64,000 bases of DNA from Spirochaetia bacterium (GCA_038204425.1 JBBRCZ010000004.1:134585-198584); one strand, 5' to 3'; positions 9,199 through 20,447 are shown, counted from the stretch's first letter. The notes: generated by a model from the sequence alone, not told the origin. Program-made: numbers and translations.

Positions 9199-10497
9199 AT
9201 GGAAACGACACTAACAACGCTGGTACTCTTGCTTGTTGGCTCAGCTTTTTTTTCGGCTTGTGAAACTGCCTTTACCAGCTTGAGCCTCATGCAGATCAAA
9301 GAAATTCAAAAGAAACGACCCAAACGCGGTAAGCAAATTGAAGTTATGTACCATACTCCGGAAAGAGTAATTACCACCTTACTAATTGGGAACAACGTCG
9401 TTAACACTTCAATCTCAGTTCTGACGACAGAGTTTGCGATTCAAGCCTTTGGAGACACCAATCTTGGTATTGTGACCGGCATCATCACTATGATCATCTT
9501 GGTCTTTGGCGAAGTGACTCCCAAGCAACTGGCAATTAAGGGCAATAAATTCTTGATCACACACAGCTACCCTTTTATTCGACTGCTGATGTTTATCTTC
9601 TTTCCGTTAAACTTATTCTTGGGTCTAATCACGGTACTCCTAAATCTTGGCAAAAAGAACAAAGCCAGATCAAACATTACCGCCGAAGGAATTCTCTACC
9701 TAATCGATCATGCTGAAGACATCGGCGTCTTGGACGACACCAAAACAAAGATGGTACGTAGTGCGTTTAGATTTTCGGATGTCACCAGCCACGCGGTTAT
9801 GACTCACAGAACCCATGTTTTTAGTTTTGCCTATAACCTTAGCATCAACGAAGTTGTCGACAAGATAATCCAGACTGGCTACGCTCGAATTCCTGTCTAC
9901 AAGGATCACCCAGAAAATGTTTGTGGCATCGTCCTTGAGAAAGAAGTGATACGCCAATACCACCTTGGACGGGGAGAGATCGCCCTAAAAGATCTGATGG
10001 TAAGCCCGGTTTTTGTACAGGAAAATTGGCGCATTCAACGAGTCTTTGCTCTTCTCAAGCACTCGCGAATTCACATGGCTATCGTCTTGGACGAATACGG
10101 TGGTTTGGCAGGAATTTTGACCATAAATGATTTGGTCGAGCAATTTATTGGCGAATTATCTGACGAGGGCGACCTACCACAGAAAACCAATATAGATCGA
10201 ATTGTCTATGTACCGGAATTACACGCTTGGCGAGTAGATGCAGATATTTCTATCTATCAGTTTGCTCAAGAATTGGAACTAGAGGAACCGAGTGAAGTTG
10301 AGCATTCATCTATCGCTGGCTACCTTGAGTCTATCACAGGACATATTGCGGAACCTGGAGAAACCATACACACCCCACTTGGAACGTTTATGGTAGAAGA
10401 ATCGACCCGCACGGTAATAAAAAAAGTGCGCTTTCTTGCCGAGCAGAAACATTCTGAAAAAGATAGCCCAGAAACAGATGCCAAAGAGACACAATGA
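9199..10497 (+). CDS. hemolysin/CNNM-family (DUF21-CBS-CorC) transporter
   Basis: SAFFSACETAF, LLIGNNVVN, FGEVTPK, CBS pair, VLDEYGG. Confidence 0.9.
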   Translation: METTLTTLVLLLVGSAFFSACETAFTSLSLMQIKEIQKKRPKRGKQIEVMYHTPERVITTLLIGNNVVNTSISVLTTEFAIQAFGDTNLGIVTGIITMIILVFGEVTPKQLAIKGNKFLITHSYPFIRLLMFIFFPLNLFLGLITVLLNLGKKNKARSNITAEGILYLIDHAEDIGVLDDTKTKMVRSAFRFSDVTSHAVMTHRTHVFSFAYNLSINEVVDKIIQTGYARIPVYKDHPENVCGIVLEKEVIRQYHLGRGEIALKDLMVSPVFVQENWRIQRVFALLKHSRIHMAIVLDEYGGLAGILTINDLVEQFIGELSDEGDLPQKTNIDRIVYVPELHAWRVDADISIYQFAQELELEEPSEVEHSSIAGYLESITGHIAEPGETIHTPLGTFMVEESTRTVIKKVRFLAEQKHSEKDSPETDAKETQ

Positions 10498-10527
10498 TTG
10501 ACGGCTAAACCCCGCTGACGGTAGTAT
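10498..10527 (+). promoter_or_regulatory. sigma70-type promoter TTGACG-18-TAGTAT, 8 nt above leuS ATG
   Basis: Consensus-like hexamers; no SD. Confidence 0.5.
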
Positions 10528-10535
10528 CCCTGTCT

Positions 10536-13145
10536 ATGAGAAAGTATCCTTTTCGCGAGATAGAAAAAAAGTGGCAGAATTATTGGGAAGAAAACCAAAC
10601 CTTTAGAGTCGACGAGGACCCAAATGTCCCCAAGAACAAGCGCGCCTACGTTTTAGACATGTTTCCCTACCCTTCGGCGGCTGGTCTTCATGTCGGTCAC
10701 CCAGAGGGCTATACCGCCACTGACATCTACTGTCGCTACTTGAGAATGAAGGGTTACAAGGTTTTGCACCCTATGGGCTTTGACTCGTTTGGGCTGCCGG
10801 CCGAAACCTATGCAATTAAAACAGGCACTCACCCCAAAAAAACAACCGAAGAAAACATTGAGAAGTTCCGGCAGCAGATAAGAAGTCTAGGCTTTTCCTA
10901 CGACTGGAACCGAGAGGTTTGCACCCACAATCCCGAGTACTACCGATGGACGCAGTGGATTTTCCTTAAACTCTGGGAAAAGGGACTGGCCTACATGGCA
11001 GAAATTCCTGTTTGGTACTGTCCTGCCTTGAGCACAGTACTAGCCAACGAAGAAGTGCTCAACACGCCAGAGGGCCCCCGCAGCGAACGTGGCATGCACC
11101 CGGTGGATCGACGTCCACTGCGCCAATGGATTCTCAAAATTACCGCCTATGCTGACCGCCTTTTGGAAGACCTCGATGGCCTTGACTGGCCAGAAAGCAT
11201 TAAGACCATGCAACGCAATTGGATTGGTCGAAGTGAGGGAGCAAATGTGCGCTTTCCTCTGGCAAGTGGTTTTGGCAAATCAGGTGATTCTGTTGAGGTT
11301 TTTACTACTAGGCCGGACACTTTATTTGGCGCCACTTACTTGGTGGTGGCACCAGAACACCGTTTAGTTGCAAGCATTACCAGTCAAGCCCAGAAAGCCA
11401 GCGTAGACGCTTATGTCGCCAAAACCAGCCTCAAGAGCGACCTAGAACGAACTGATCTTGGCAAAGAAAAGACCGGTGCATTTACGGGCGCCTACGCCGT
11501 TAACCCACTTACCAAACAAGAAATCCCTATATGGATCTCCGACTATATACTGGCAAGCTATGGAACTGGTGCGATAATGGCGGTCCCCGCCCACGATAAT
11601 CGCGACTGGCAATTTGCCAAAACCTTTGACCTCGCGATTGTTGAGGTTGTCGTTCCGCACATCGCAACAAGTCAAGGAAAAATTCCAAACGCAGACGGTG
11701 TGGGCGAGCGTTTTGTCGCCAGCGCGGATCAAACCTGTACTATGACTGCTTGCTATACCGAAGACGGCTTTGCAGTAAACTCAGGTGACTTCAACGGCCT
11801 TCCCACCGCTGACGCCAAGCAAAAAGTTGGCGAATGGCTCGAAAAAATCGGCATAGGTAAGCGAACAGTAAACTACAAACTGCGAGACTGGATTTTTAGT
11901 CGCCAACGTTATTGGGGCGAACCTATACCGCTAATCCATCTCGACGATGGAAGCATTGTTCCCGTTCCTTACGAGCAGCTCCCTCTACAACTACCCGAAG
12001 TAGAGTCTTTTAAGCCCACCGGAAGCGGCGACTCACCATTGGCCAAAGTTGAGTCCTGGCTCAGAGTAACCCTGCCAGATGGTCGAAGCGGGACACGTGA
12101 AACCAACACTATGCCGCAGTGGGCTGGAAGTTGTTGGTATTATCTACGTTATCTAGATCCGCATAACACAGAGACTTTTGCCGACCAAAAAAAAATCGAC
12201 TACTGGTTGCCCGTCGACTTATACGTTGGCGGCGCCGAACATGCCGTCTTGCACTTGCTGTACGCTCGCTTTTGGCACAAAGTTCTCTATGATATTGGGC
12301 TTGTCTCTTGCAAGGAGCCATTTCAACGATTAGTTAACCAAGGCATGATCACTTCTTTTTCGTATCAAAGGAAGGATGGCTCCTTGGTTCCAACTGACGA
12401 AGTCAGCGAGCAGGGCACTGAGCAGTTTGTAGAAAAAGCCACCGGCGAGCTGTTGCAACGTGTGGTTGCCAAAATGTCAAAGAGTCTCAAGAATGTCGTT
12501 AATCCAGATGAGATTATCCAAGAGTTTGGCGCGGATTCAATGCGTCTTTACGAGATGTTTATGGGGCCACTTACCATGTCAAAACCTTGGGCGAGCCAAG
12601 GCGTGGTTGGTATTCACCGTTTTCTCGACCGTGTTTGGCGCTTGTCAGAAAAAACAATGGACCGAGGACCCGCACCCAAAGAGCTGATGAGAGTTCTTCA
12701 CAAAAGCATCAAAAAAGTAGACGACGATAGCAAAAACTTGGATTTTAATACTGCCATTAGCCAAATGATGATTTTAGTCAACGAAATGTACAAACACGAC
12801 ATTGTTTACCTGCAAATCATGGAGCCCTTCTTGCTTATCCTCGCTCCTTATGCCCCTCATATCGCCGAGGAACTTTGGCAAATGATAGGACACTCAGAAA
12901 GCTTGGCATTTGCCAAATTTCCTGACTTTGATCAAAATCTAGTGCTTGATGACGAACTAACAATAATAGTCCAAGTTAACGGAAAACTGCGTTCTGAGTT
13001 TAGAGTTTCTAGGGGAACCAGTGCTGCTGAGCTTGAGGCACTTGCACTCAAAGATGAAAAAATAGCAGTTCATTTGCTTGGTAAAAAGCTGCTAAAAGTG
13101 ATTGCTGTAGTCGATAAAATAGTCAATTTGGTTGTTGCCGGATAG
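10536..13145 (+). CDS. leuS: leucine--tRNA ligase
   Basis: MFPYPS..GLHVGH (HIGH), [15 protein letters not shown] editing domain. Confidence 0.98.
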   Translation: MRKYPFREIEKKWQNYWEENQTFRVDEDPNVPKNKRAYVLDMFPYPSAAGLHVGHPEGYTATDIYCRYLRMKGYKVLHPMGFDSFGLPAETYAIKTGTHPKKTTEENIEKFRQQIRSLGFSYDWNREVCTHNPEYYRWTQWIFLKLWEKGLAYMAEIPVWYCPALSTVLANEEVLNTPEGPRSERGMHPVDRRPLRQWILKITAYADRLLEDLDGLDWPESIKTMQRNWIGRSEGANVRFPLASGFGKSGDSVEVFTTRPDTLFGATYLVVAPEHRLVASITSQAQKASVDAYVAKTSLKSDLERTDLGKEKTGAFTGAYAVNPLTKQEIPIWISDYILASYGTGAIMAVPAHDNRDWQFAKTFDLAIVEVVVPHIATSQGKIPNADGVGERFVASADQTCTMTACYTEDGFAVNSGDFNGLPTADAKQKVGEWLEKIGIGKRTVNYKLRDWIFSRQRYWGEPIPLIHLDDGSIVPVPYEQLPLQLPEVESFKPTGSGDSPLAKVESWLRVTLPDGRSGTRETNTMPQWAGSCWYYLRYLDPHNTETFADQKKIDYWLPVDLYVGGAEHAVLHLLYARFWHKVLYDIGLVSCKEPFQRLVNQGMITSFSYQRKDGSLVPTDEVSEQGTEQFVEKATGELLQRVVAKMSKSLKNVVNPDEIIQEFGADSMRLYEMFMGPLTMSKPWASQGVVGIHRFLDRVWRLSEKTMDRGPAPKELMRVLHKSIKKVDDDSKNLDFNTAISQMMILVNEMYKHDIVYLQIMEPFLLILAPYAPHIAEELWQMIGHSESLAFAKFPDFDQNLVLDDELTIIVQVNGKLRSEFRVSRGTSAAELEALALKDEKIAVHLLGKKLLKVIAVVDKIVNLVVAG

Positions 13146-13914
13146 ACAAATCAAGGTAGCTAAATTGCCACTTGCTAGCTGGATCCTGTTTAACGTCGAC
13201 AATCCTTAGACGCTGTTCTTGCCCGGTCGACAAAAGAAGGTTCCAACCCTGATACAACTGTGCAGGGCTGGCGCTGCTGGCATCTTTAAAGCCTTGACTA
13301 AGCTCTAATGGTAAGGTGTCTGCTAAAAGCCGAGTTTTGAGCTTATAGACAGTCATCTGCCTTTGCGCTATTGACTCAAGCGCGGACTCTTGGTCACAGT
13401 TAATTGTATTGAGTGCCTTGTTTCTTACCGTGTCCAAGAGCTTAGCTCGGTTGAAATCACCCTGGTCTATGCCCGCTTCGTTAAGCGTAAAGAGCAAGCG
13501 TGCCACCAGTCCTGCTTGTTTGCTTACCTTTAACAACTTGGACTCAGAAATCTGTTCTTGACCCCATGGCCAAACTAATCCCCAGGATGCGAGTTCAAAA
13601 CTTTGGCCGCCGAGGTAAATTTTGGGCACTATGAGCAGACAATAGCCTTGCTCGTTGGCAAGGTTTAGGTCCAACTCTAGGTCTTCAAGTTGCCCACTAT
13701 TGAGGTCCGCTTGACGAGTCTGCCCGTCGCCGCTGGTGTAACGACAGTCAAAACGAATGACCGACATCCACTCGCGGCACTCAGCTTTAAGTTCCGTCAA
13801 AGAAAGAGTGTAAGTGGAGCTTGCATATGAAACCAAGCTGCAGCTGCTGGCAAACCCACAGAGGGTGAGCATCATCACTGTAATCAGACTCAGAGTTGTG
13901 GCTTTTTTTATCAT
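13123..13914 (-). CDS. hypothetical lipoprotein
   Basis: Signal peptide ending ASSC; no other motif recognised. Confidence 0.6.
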   Translation of the reverse strand: MIKKATTLSLITVMMLTLCGFASSCSLVSYASSTYTLSLTELKAECREWMSVIRFDCRYTSGDGQTRQADLNSGQLEDLELDLNLANEQGYCLLIVPKIYLGGQSFELASWGLVWPWGQEQISESKLLKVSKQAGLVARLLFTLNEAGIDQGDFNRAKLLDTVRNKALNTINCDQESALESIAQRQMTVYKLKTRLLADTLPLELSQGFKDASSASPAQLYQGWNLLLSTGQEQRLRIVDVKQDPASKWQFSYLDLSIRQQPN

Positions 13915-13984
13915 TGAAAGATTCTACCTATAAAACTTTCAATCTAATTTGCTGTTTCTGGTTTTTTTTCATTACAATGGAGAT

Positions 13985-15403
13985 ATGAATAATGCTCCGG
14001 AATTAATTCTTGAACTAATCGAAGCCTACGATAAAAAACTTCAAGAACTTGACAGATTTCTTCTCCCAGCGATTAAGGACAATTTTTTGTTGTTTCAGGC
14101 CGTTTTCAGATCTTTTTATGAGCTTCTCTTGCAAAAAGGGGTCATGAAGCCCGACCCGTACAAGAACGAGCGCCACTTGTCTGACATCTATATTCCTGAA
14201 ATCCTACTCCTTACTGATAACGAAATTGAAGAACAGCTTCCCATAAAAATAGCTGAGTATGATAATCTGCTAGACTTTCTCAACAACTATACCCAGTTTA
14301 AATCAGCGAGCATGGGTCTAAAGCGAATCAAAATTGTGTCGTCAATTGTTCGTTATGTAGAATGGGGCAAACTTACTCCTGCCAACCCTCAGTCAATAAC
14401 CAAAGGACTAGCCAACATCGTCGAGAAAGCAAGAAATGGTAACGAAGCCATGGTAACAGCGTCGATCCAATCTTCACATAACAAGCTTGATCAAACATCA
14501 AAAGAAATAATGCGCCAACTCAAAGCATTGGCTGATTTCAAGCGCGAAGAATACAAACTCTTCATTAGACAAAGAATCGTTCAGCACTTTCCTGTTTTCC
14601 ATACTGACATTAACAAAGAAGAGTTTCTAAAACAGGTCAAGAATCAATTTACGCGCGCTATGGAAGGAGAAGCCTTTTTTCCAGAGTTAATTCAAGAGCT
14701 CTATGAAGAAATCTACCTTGCTGACCCAGAAAGCACCAAACATAATTTACTTGAAAAACTAAAACCCGACGAGCAAAAAAAGAAGAAAAGCGAGTCTCAT
14801 CAGGCGCTCAACTTGAGAGATATCCTGATGGAAGGTGTGCGACACTTGGGTGGGTCTAGTCGTCATTTGGACGATGCTCTAATCAGACTTAAGGAAAGCC
14901 AGGAAATTCTTCAATCGAGGCCGCGAACTTTCATGGAAAAATTTAAGCTGTGGATAGTTTCATTGTCGCAAGGCAAACAGAAAGATGAAATATTTGAGGT
15001 TGAACTTGTTGACCCTCATACCACCATGAAAAGGCTAGTCAAGATTAATTTCACGACCTATAGTCAGGAACTTAGCCGGCGTGCGAAATTTTTTACTTCG
15101 CTTATGGTCAGAACAAGCGCAAACTATGTAAAACTGGAAACTAGTCCGGAGGATCAGATTTACAGCATGTTAGAAAAAAATTTGGCTGAACTTAAGGGCT
15201 TTCACGACCATTTGGACGCTGTAGACACCTACTTTAAATCAGAAGCCCCCGGTTTGGAACGCAGTAAGATGCACGGTATCAAGGTAGAACTAAGCAACAT
15301 CAAAAACAGTATTGCTCTCGTCAATCAAAAAATGCACGAGTACGTTGCCCGTAAGGATGAAAAGGACCAATTAAAGAAACTTGGCATTGGAACAGACGAA
15401 TAG
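13985..15403 (+). CDS. conserved hypothetical helical/coiled-coil protein
   Basis: Long ORF; ATG 13985 preferred over ORF-track TTG 13949. Confidence 0.7.
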   Translation: MNNAPELILELIEAYDKKLQELDRFLLPAIKDNFLLFQAVFRSFYELLLQKGVMKPDPYKNERHLSDIYIPEILLLTDNEIEEQLPIKIAEYDNLLDFLNNYTQFKSASMGLKRIKIVSSIVRYVEWGKLTPANPQSITKGLANIVEKARNGNEAMVTASIQSSHNKLDQTSKEIMRQLKALADFKREEYKLFIRQRIVQHFPVFHTDINKEEFLKQVKNQFTRAMEGEAFFPELIQELYEEIYLADPESTKHNLLEKLKPDEQKKKKSESHQALNLRDILMEGVRHLGGSSRHLDDALIRLKESQEILQSRPRTFMEKFKLWIVSLSQGKQKDEIFEVELVDPHTTMKRLVKINFTTYSQELSRRAKFFTSLMVRTSANYVKLETSPEDQIYSMLEKNLAELKGFHDHLDAVDTYFKSEAPGLERSKMHGIKVELSNIKNSIALVNQKMHEYVARKDEKDQLKKLGIGTDE

Positions 15404-15409
15404 CGAGCT

Positions 15410-16483
15410 TTACAGCGCCTTTGGGTAGACTCCTAAGAGTTTAATGTGATCAGCTACCGCAGACAATTGTTGCAAAGCTTGCAAAAAATCATCAACCGCG
15501 GTGCCGATGTCCAGATCAAGGTAAAAACTATACTCCCAAGGCTTTCCGTGTATCGGCCGAGATTCAATCTTGCACAAATTTAGTTCTTTTTCACCAAGTA
15601 TCTGCATAGCCTGCAAGAGAGCACCGGGTTTGTGCGGAAGACTAAAAACGATTGATGCTTTAAATGATTGTTCTGCTATTTTTACCGGAAGATTCTCATC
15701 ATTCTGACGAGCCAAGACCACAAAGCGCGTAAAGTTTTTTTGGTTAGTCTCTATGCCTTCTGCCAAAACTGGCACGCCGTAGATTTCCCCAGCTCGTACG
15801 CCAGCAATTGCCGCATTTGTTTTGTCACCGGTATCGCGAATATGTTCCACAGAACCAGCTGTATCATAGAATGGAATTTGCTCCCAACTGGGGTAGTCAG
15901 CAAGAAAAGCTGCACACTGTAAGAGCCCTTGTGGATGAGAATAAACGTGCTTGATATCTGAGAGGCTGGCACCCGGGAGTCCAAATAGGTGATGCCGTAT
16001 GCGGACTAATAGTTCGCCAACTATGGTCAACTGAGGAAAAGCCAAGAGTAGATCATAGTTTTCGTGGATAGAACCAGTAAGCGCATTTTCGATAGGCAGT
16101 ACAGCAAAACGGGATTTACCGCTGTTAACGGCTTCAAAAGCGTCCCTAAACTGCAAACATGGTAGGAACTGCGTGTCCTGCGATGAAAAAAACTGCTTGA
16201 TTGCCATTTCACTATAGGCCCCTCGCGCACCTTGAAAAGCAATCAAATGTGGCTCTTGCCAAGAAGATTGTTGCAATACCAACTGTTTAAGCATCGCATA
16301 TACGGCCGGATGGTCGAGTTCGACAATTGGACTAACCGTGCTTAAAACTTCTGCGACAGCTTGCACATTTTTGACACAGTACCAAACTTGCCTGTCTGAA
16401 TAAGCCCTGCTTACAAAGCCAATAGATGACAAGTTGGACTCGTCTAGTTTGGAAAATTGACCTGGAAGCGACAGAAAAATCAT
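15410..16483 (-). CDS. pheA: prephenate dehydratase with N-terminal extension
   Basis: IAFQGARGAYSE, VLPIEN, SHPQ, NFTRF, ACT domain with KIESRP. Confidence 0.9.
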   Translation of the reverse strand: MIFLSLPGQFSKLDESNLSSIGFVSRAYSDRQVWYCVKNVQAVAEVLSTVSPIVELDHPAVYAMLKQLVLQQSSWQEPHLIAFQGARGAYSEMAIKQFFSSQDTQFLPCLQFRDAFEAVNSGKSRFAVLPIENALTGSIHENYDLLLAFPQLTIVGELLVRIRHHLFGLPGASLSDIKHVYSHPQGLLQCAAFLADYPSWEQIPFYDTAGSVEHIRDTGDKTNAAIAGVRAGEIYGVPVLAEGIETNQKNFTRFVVLARQNDENLPVKIAEQSFKASIVFSLPHKPGALLQAMQILGEKELNLCKIESRPIHGKPWEYSFYLDLDIGTAVDDFLQALQQLSAVADHIKLLGVYPKAL

Positions 16484-16519
16484 AGCCCACCTCCGCTCTT
16501 CTCGTTTATCAGATTATCT

Positions 16520-17266
16520 CTATTCTTCTTTATCAGACTCACTCGTGGCACCCTGACTAAAATAGTCGGTAATATAGGTCTTAAACTGTTTGAATAAACT
16601 GTTCTGATAGCGATGTATGTTGCGTATATATGCTTGAGTTGACACTGGGATGCTACCAGTGCTGACCCTTCCAAGGCCAGCGTTATAAATTGCTAACGCA
16701 GTGTCTTGATCATTTTTGGCCTGCTTTAGGCACCAGTTTAAATGTTGAACACCGTGCCTCGCATTGACGTCAATATTAAAAAAATCGTCATTCTCAAGAC
16801 TTGGGAAAGACCGGTTGTTAAGCTGAAACAAACCGCGGTCGACTGAACTTGGATTGTTGTTAACAGCTAGAGGAACAAAGCGGCTCTCGTGATAGACAAG
16901 TGAAAAAGACAAAATAGGATCTATTTGGAACTTGTCAGAATAGTAAAGAGTGACTAAGGCGACTTCCTCAGCACCAGTTAGCTTGACAAAAAAATCAATT
17001 ACTTTGTCTCTGCTGGCAGGATGCCTATACAAAAACAAAACAAGGTCTTTTTTATTGTTTAGGTCAATTTCGGTAATGCGAAGACCAAGACCGCGACCCT
17101 CAATTGCCTGGCCTTTGATTGGCATGTTTACTGGAGTCGCCATACTTTTGCGAGAAAGCCTGCTTTCGGACTGCCTTAGGCTAAGATTTGGTCGGGATAG
17201 ATTGGAAAATGGAGTGCTTCCGCTCAACAAGAATACGGCAAAAATGATATAGATTAGACGATTAAT
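16520..17266 (-). CDS. lytic transglycosylase (SLT domain), probable ATT start
   Basis: HESRF, DRGLFQLN, ALAIYNAG. Extending to ATT at 17266 (6 nt below AGGAG) gives the signal-like MNRLIYIIFAVFLLSG. Confidence 0.85.
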   Translation of the reverse strand: MNRLIYIIFAVFLLSGSTPFSNLSRPNLSLRQSESRLSRKSMATPVNMPIKGQAIEGRGLGLRITEIDLNNKKDLVLFLYRHPASRDKVIDFFVKLTGAEEVALVTLYYSDKFQIDPILSFSLVYHESRFVPLAVNNNPSSVDRGLFQLNNRSFPSLENDDFFNIDVNARHGVQHLNWCLKQAKNDQDTALAIYNAGLGRVSTGSIPVSTQAYIRNIHRYQNSLFKQFKTYITDYFSQGATSESDKEE

Positions 17267-17538
17267 TTTTAACTCCTGGGACGTTTGTTAACTTTGTAGG
17301 GAAACTGTACTCCTTTAACTATTCCAATCCAATAAAAAAATTATTACGATTATACTGATTAGCAAACTGAGCTTCCACAAGATGACTGATAATCGACAAT
17401 ATTATCATAAATTTTGTCCACGGCACTACGTATGAAGTATACGAAACGGGTCTTAACTGATGATAATCACGGATCAATTGAGAAATAACCCGGAAAATCG
17501 CCACAATTGCGCTAAGTTATAGTGATAAGGAGCGGACG

Positions 17539-18750
17539 ATGCAGCTTGCCCCAGACGCTGAAACTCAAAATCAAAGCAAAGTTCTCCAACAAGCGAGGGC
17601 TATAACCTTTCCGCCGGGTTCGATTGCTCAATTAGCTAACAACCGTTCCTATGTTGGACAAGACGCCAATTTGCTTGATCTTTCCGACGACTTGATGTCA
17701 AAGCAAGAAATTCAAGTTGTGGCAGTCGTCGATCGCGAAAGCAATTCGATAATTGGTATTGTCCAGCGCAAGATCATATTTGATCTTCTGGGTCGACCTT
17801 TTGGTAGGGATGTGATTAAGGAAGAGTTTGTGAGCAAGATTGCATTGCCGGCCCAAAGCTTTCGTTACGATCAGAACATACTGGCAGTTCTTGAGTCGCT
17901 AACGATAGCAAAGGACCCGGAACCCAGTTATTTTGCTGTTGAATCTGAAACGGGGGAGTTCTTAGGCACTTTTTCATCGTATGATCTATTGTTGCATGTC
18001 TCTGAACTAAGCAAGCTTGACCTGGAGTTTGTTACGGCTATTCAGGATCGCATCTTTCAGAATCCCTCGCAGCTCAAGAGTCAGAGTTCTGAGCTTGTTT
18101 TCACCAATAGGGCAAAAGCTAATCTTGGCACTGACTTTTGTTACTCAAAAGAATACCTTCCTGGCCGTCTTGCGTTGGCACTCACCAAAGTTTTTGGTCA
18201 GGGTCTGAGTAGATCACTCAGCTCAATGACCTTGTGGGGAATTGTTAGAACATTTGATTTTAGGCGCGGTGTTCATAACTTCGTCACATCACTTGAGAGC
18301 TTCTCTCAAGAATGCTTTGGCGAAAAACAAGCAGCTGGTGGTTTTTTTGCTGATCTTGACACATCTAGCGGAGAGCTTTTGGTTTGTGATAGAAACCACG
18401 GGTCTGCTTACCTGCTACGTGACGACAAACTTCTCAAGCTAAAATCTATTGCCAACAACGAACCAAGCGACCAAGCAAATTCAGACAAGCTAGCCGTTTT
18501 TAGCTTTGGGCTTCAAGACAACGACCTCTTGATTATTATTGGCCCCAAGCACCTATCAAACCAATCGTCAGAATCAAACCCAGAGGATTTGGAAAACCTA
18601 AAAAAAGCTTTGCTTCAAAAGACTTCAACTAGTGTTAATGACCTTGCTAAAGATTTAGTGGCCAAGAGGAGAGTAACTGATTTACATTCTCCAATTGGCC
18701 AAGATCAAAACTTTATATTGCTGCGCTACCGTTCACTAAGGTCTTTGTGA
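17539..18750 (+). CDS. CBS-domain + degenerate SpoIIE/PP2C-like protein
   Basis: N-terminal CBS-like pair (DLLGRPFGRD); C-terminal PP2C-like layout with metal-binding Asp residues replaced; SD AAGGAG. Confidence 0.65.
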   Translation: MQLAPDAETQNQSKVLQQARAITFPPGSIAQLANNRSYVGQDANLLDLSDDLMSKQEIQVVAVVDRESNSIIGIVQRKIIFDLLGRPFGRDVIKEEFVSKIALPAQSFRYDQNILAVLESLTIAKDPEPSYFAVESETGEFLGTFSSYDLLLHVSELSKLDLEFVTAIQDRIFQNPSQLKSQSSELVFTNRAKANLGTDFCYSKEYLPGRLALALTKVFGQGLSRSLSSMTLWGIVRTFDFRRGVHNFVTSLESFSQECFGEKQAAGGFFADLDTSSGELLVCDRNHGSAYLLRDDKLLKLKSIANNEPSDQANSDKLAVFSFGLQDNDLLIIIGPKHLSNQSSESNPEDLENLKKALLQKTSTSVNDLAKDLVAKRRVTDLHSPIGQDQNFILLRYRSLRSL

Positions 18751-18758
18751 GGCGGCTT

Positions 18759-20447
18759 TTACTCAGTCCATACTTCGAGATTAGAAAACTGAGCAGTATC
18801 TAAGGTACGCAAGGCCACTTCAACACCTTCATTGACACCAAACCAAGTTTTGTAGCGAACTTTTTCGACGCCATTTACTGCAATGGTTATGTACTCTTGG
18901 TTAGGCTGATAGAGAACTTCAATATCCAAGTCTTCACCAATGTGTTCAGGAATTGCAGCATCGAGTACCCGACCCATGTTTATATCATCATCTGATTTGT
19001 AAACTTGCAAATAAGTTCGATTGTTTTTGTAGTGCTCTGGATCGCGAGTCAGCCATACCAAGAGGCTTCGGCCTTGGCCATAACCTCGTTTGCTCGAACC
19101 TGTTGAGAAAAGATGGAGACCAGCACCCACCCATGCTTTTCCTGTAGACTTGAGCGTAAATTTGTACAAGGTATTCTTCTTGCTCTGTTCCAGGGGAATT
19201 TTTAGCTGCGAAAAATATTGGCGAGCATCGATCTGCTCCGCAAGATTTGGACTGACTTTCCAGCGACCAATAATTGACTTGGCCTGATCAAAACCAGCAA
19301 GAATCTGATTCTTTAGACTGGGTTTTAGCAGTGCCAAGTAACCGTCTCTCAGCAACGTTTCTCGTAGGCTTTGTTCTAAGGTATTACGCTCAGCCATTAG
19401 ACGTTCATTTTCTTTCTGCAAGTCTTTAATCTGTTGTTCGAGCTCTGGATTGGCGGTGCCGTTGCCGGCCGAAACAGGCTGTGGTCCATCGGAATCGCTC
19501 ACCAATCTGGAACTGGTACCGTCGATTCTTCTTCCCAGTTCCAAGACTTGTGCTTGCAATTTGTCTATTGAAGACTCAATGCGACTTAATACACCTTGAT
19601 CGTCGCTTGCACCTTCACTCTGAACCCTGGCGTCCCTTTGAACCACGTGAGCAGTCTCAAGTGTCGTTTGAGTAGTGGTGTTGGCCAGAATTATTTGTTC
19701 CAATTCCAGCTTAGCCTGTCGCATTGACTCAAACTCACCCTTAAGCCCATCTAATTCCTGAACCAAGACTTGATTTCTTTGGTTGAGCTCGCCGACCTTA
19801 TTGAGAAGATCGCCGCGTTCGTAAGCAGCTCGCTCTTTTTCGGTTTCCAAACTTCCAATTTTGGCAAGTGTCTCCTGATTTATGCGGCGCAAATCGGAAA
19901 GGTCTGTCTCACTCGCTTCAAGTCGCGCAATCTCGTCTTTGTAAGCCTCTGAGCCTGCCTGACGTGCGCGTCTGAGCGATGAACCTATCAAAGTTCCGGC
20001 TTCTAATACTGGATTGATTTTGAGAGCTCTGTCGCCAGTGAAACTAACGATGGTTCGGTACGGCTTGCCGTCGACCAAGATTCCGTCAAGTTCAAGTTGA
20101 CCATCAGACAAGCTAGTCAATCGGGCAAATTCGAAGACGCTGTTTTTTGGAAACACATTCTCACCCTCTTGTGTTACCTCTAAAAGAATCCAACTTTCTT
20201 CATTGTCTTTCTTAAAAAGCAAAGAATAGTTCTCGTTATTCTTCTTCACATTTCGCAAGTAAATGGCCGCGGGTCCTGCAAGACTTACCTGGGCATCAGA
20301 AAAATCCAGCTCTTGCAGTCGAATATCTTGCAAGAGACTCGTCAGTTCGCTGGGCGGAACAACTTGCTCGCCAATTGGGGTATCTTGAGCAAGTAATGAA
20401 TTATTCAAGAGTAAGAAGATCAAAGAACCTATTAAAACGTATCGCAC
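18759..20447 (-). CDS. secreted coiled-coil protein with C-terminal beta-rich (ConA/LamG-like) domain
   Basis: GTG 20447 lies 6 nt below GGAGG and gives signal peptide MRYVLIGSLIFLLLNNSLLAQ (ORF track starts 20576); central heptad region. Confidence 0.65.
   Translation of the reverse strand: MRYVLIGSLIFLLLNNSLLAQDTPIGEQVVPPSELTSLLQDIRLQELDFSDAQVSLAGPAAIYLRNVKKNNENYSLLFKKDNEESWILLEVTQEGENVFPKNSVFEFARLTSLSDGQLELDGILVDGKPYRTIVSFTGDRALKINPVLEAGTLIGSSLRRARQAGSEAYKDEIARLEASETDLSDLRRINQETLAKIGSLETEKERAAYERGDLLNKVGELNQRNQVLVQELDGLKGEFESMRQAKLELEQIILANTTTQTTLETAHVVQRDARVQSEGASDDQGVLSRIESSIDKLQAQVLELGRRIDGTSSRLVSDSDGPQPVSAGNGTANPELEQQIKDLQKENERLMAERNTLEQSLRETLLRDGYLALLKPSLKNQILAGFDQAKSIIGRWKVSPNLAEQIDARQYFSQLKIPLEQSKKNTLYKFTLKSTGKAWVGAGLHLFSTGSSKRGYGQGRSLLVWLTRDPEHYKNNRTYLQVYKSDDDINMGRVLDAAIPEHIGEDLDIEVLYQPNQEYITIAVNGVEKVRYKTWFGVNEGVEVALRTLDTAQFSNLEVWTE

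Noticed and set aside
10498..10535. T-box leader for leuS (also checked above pheS at 38751-38846)
   Set aside because: Intergenic spaces are too short and lack the T-box motif
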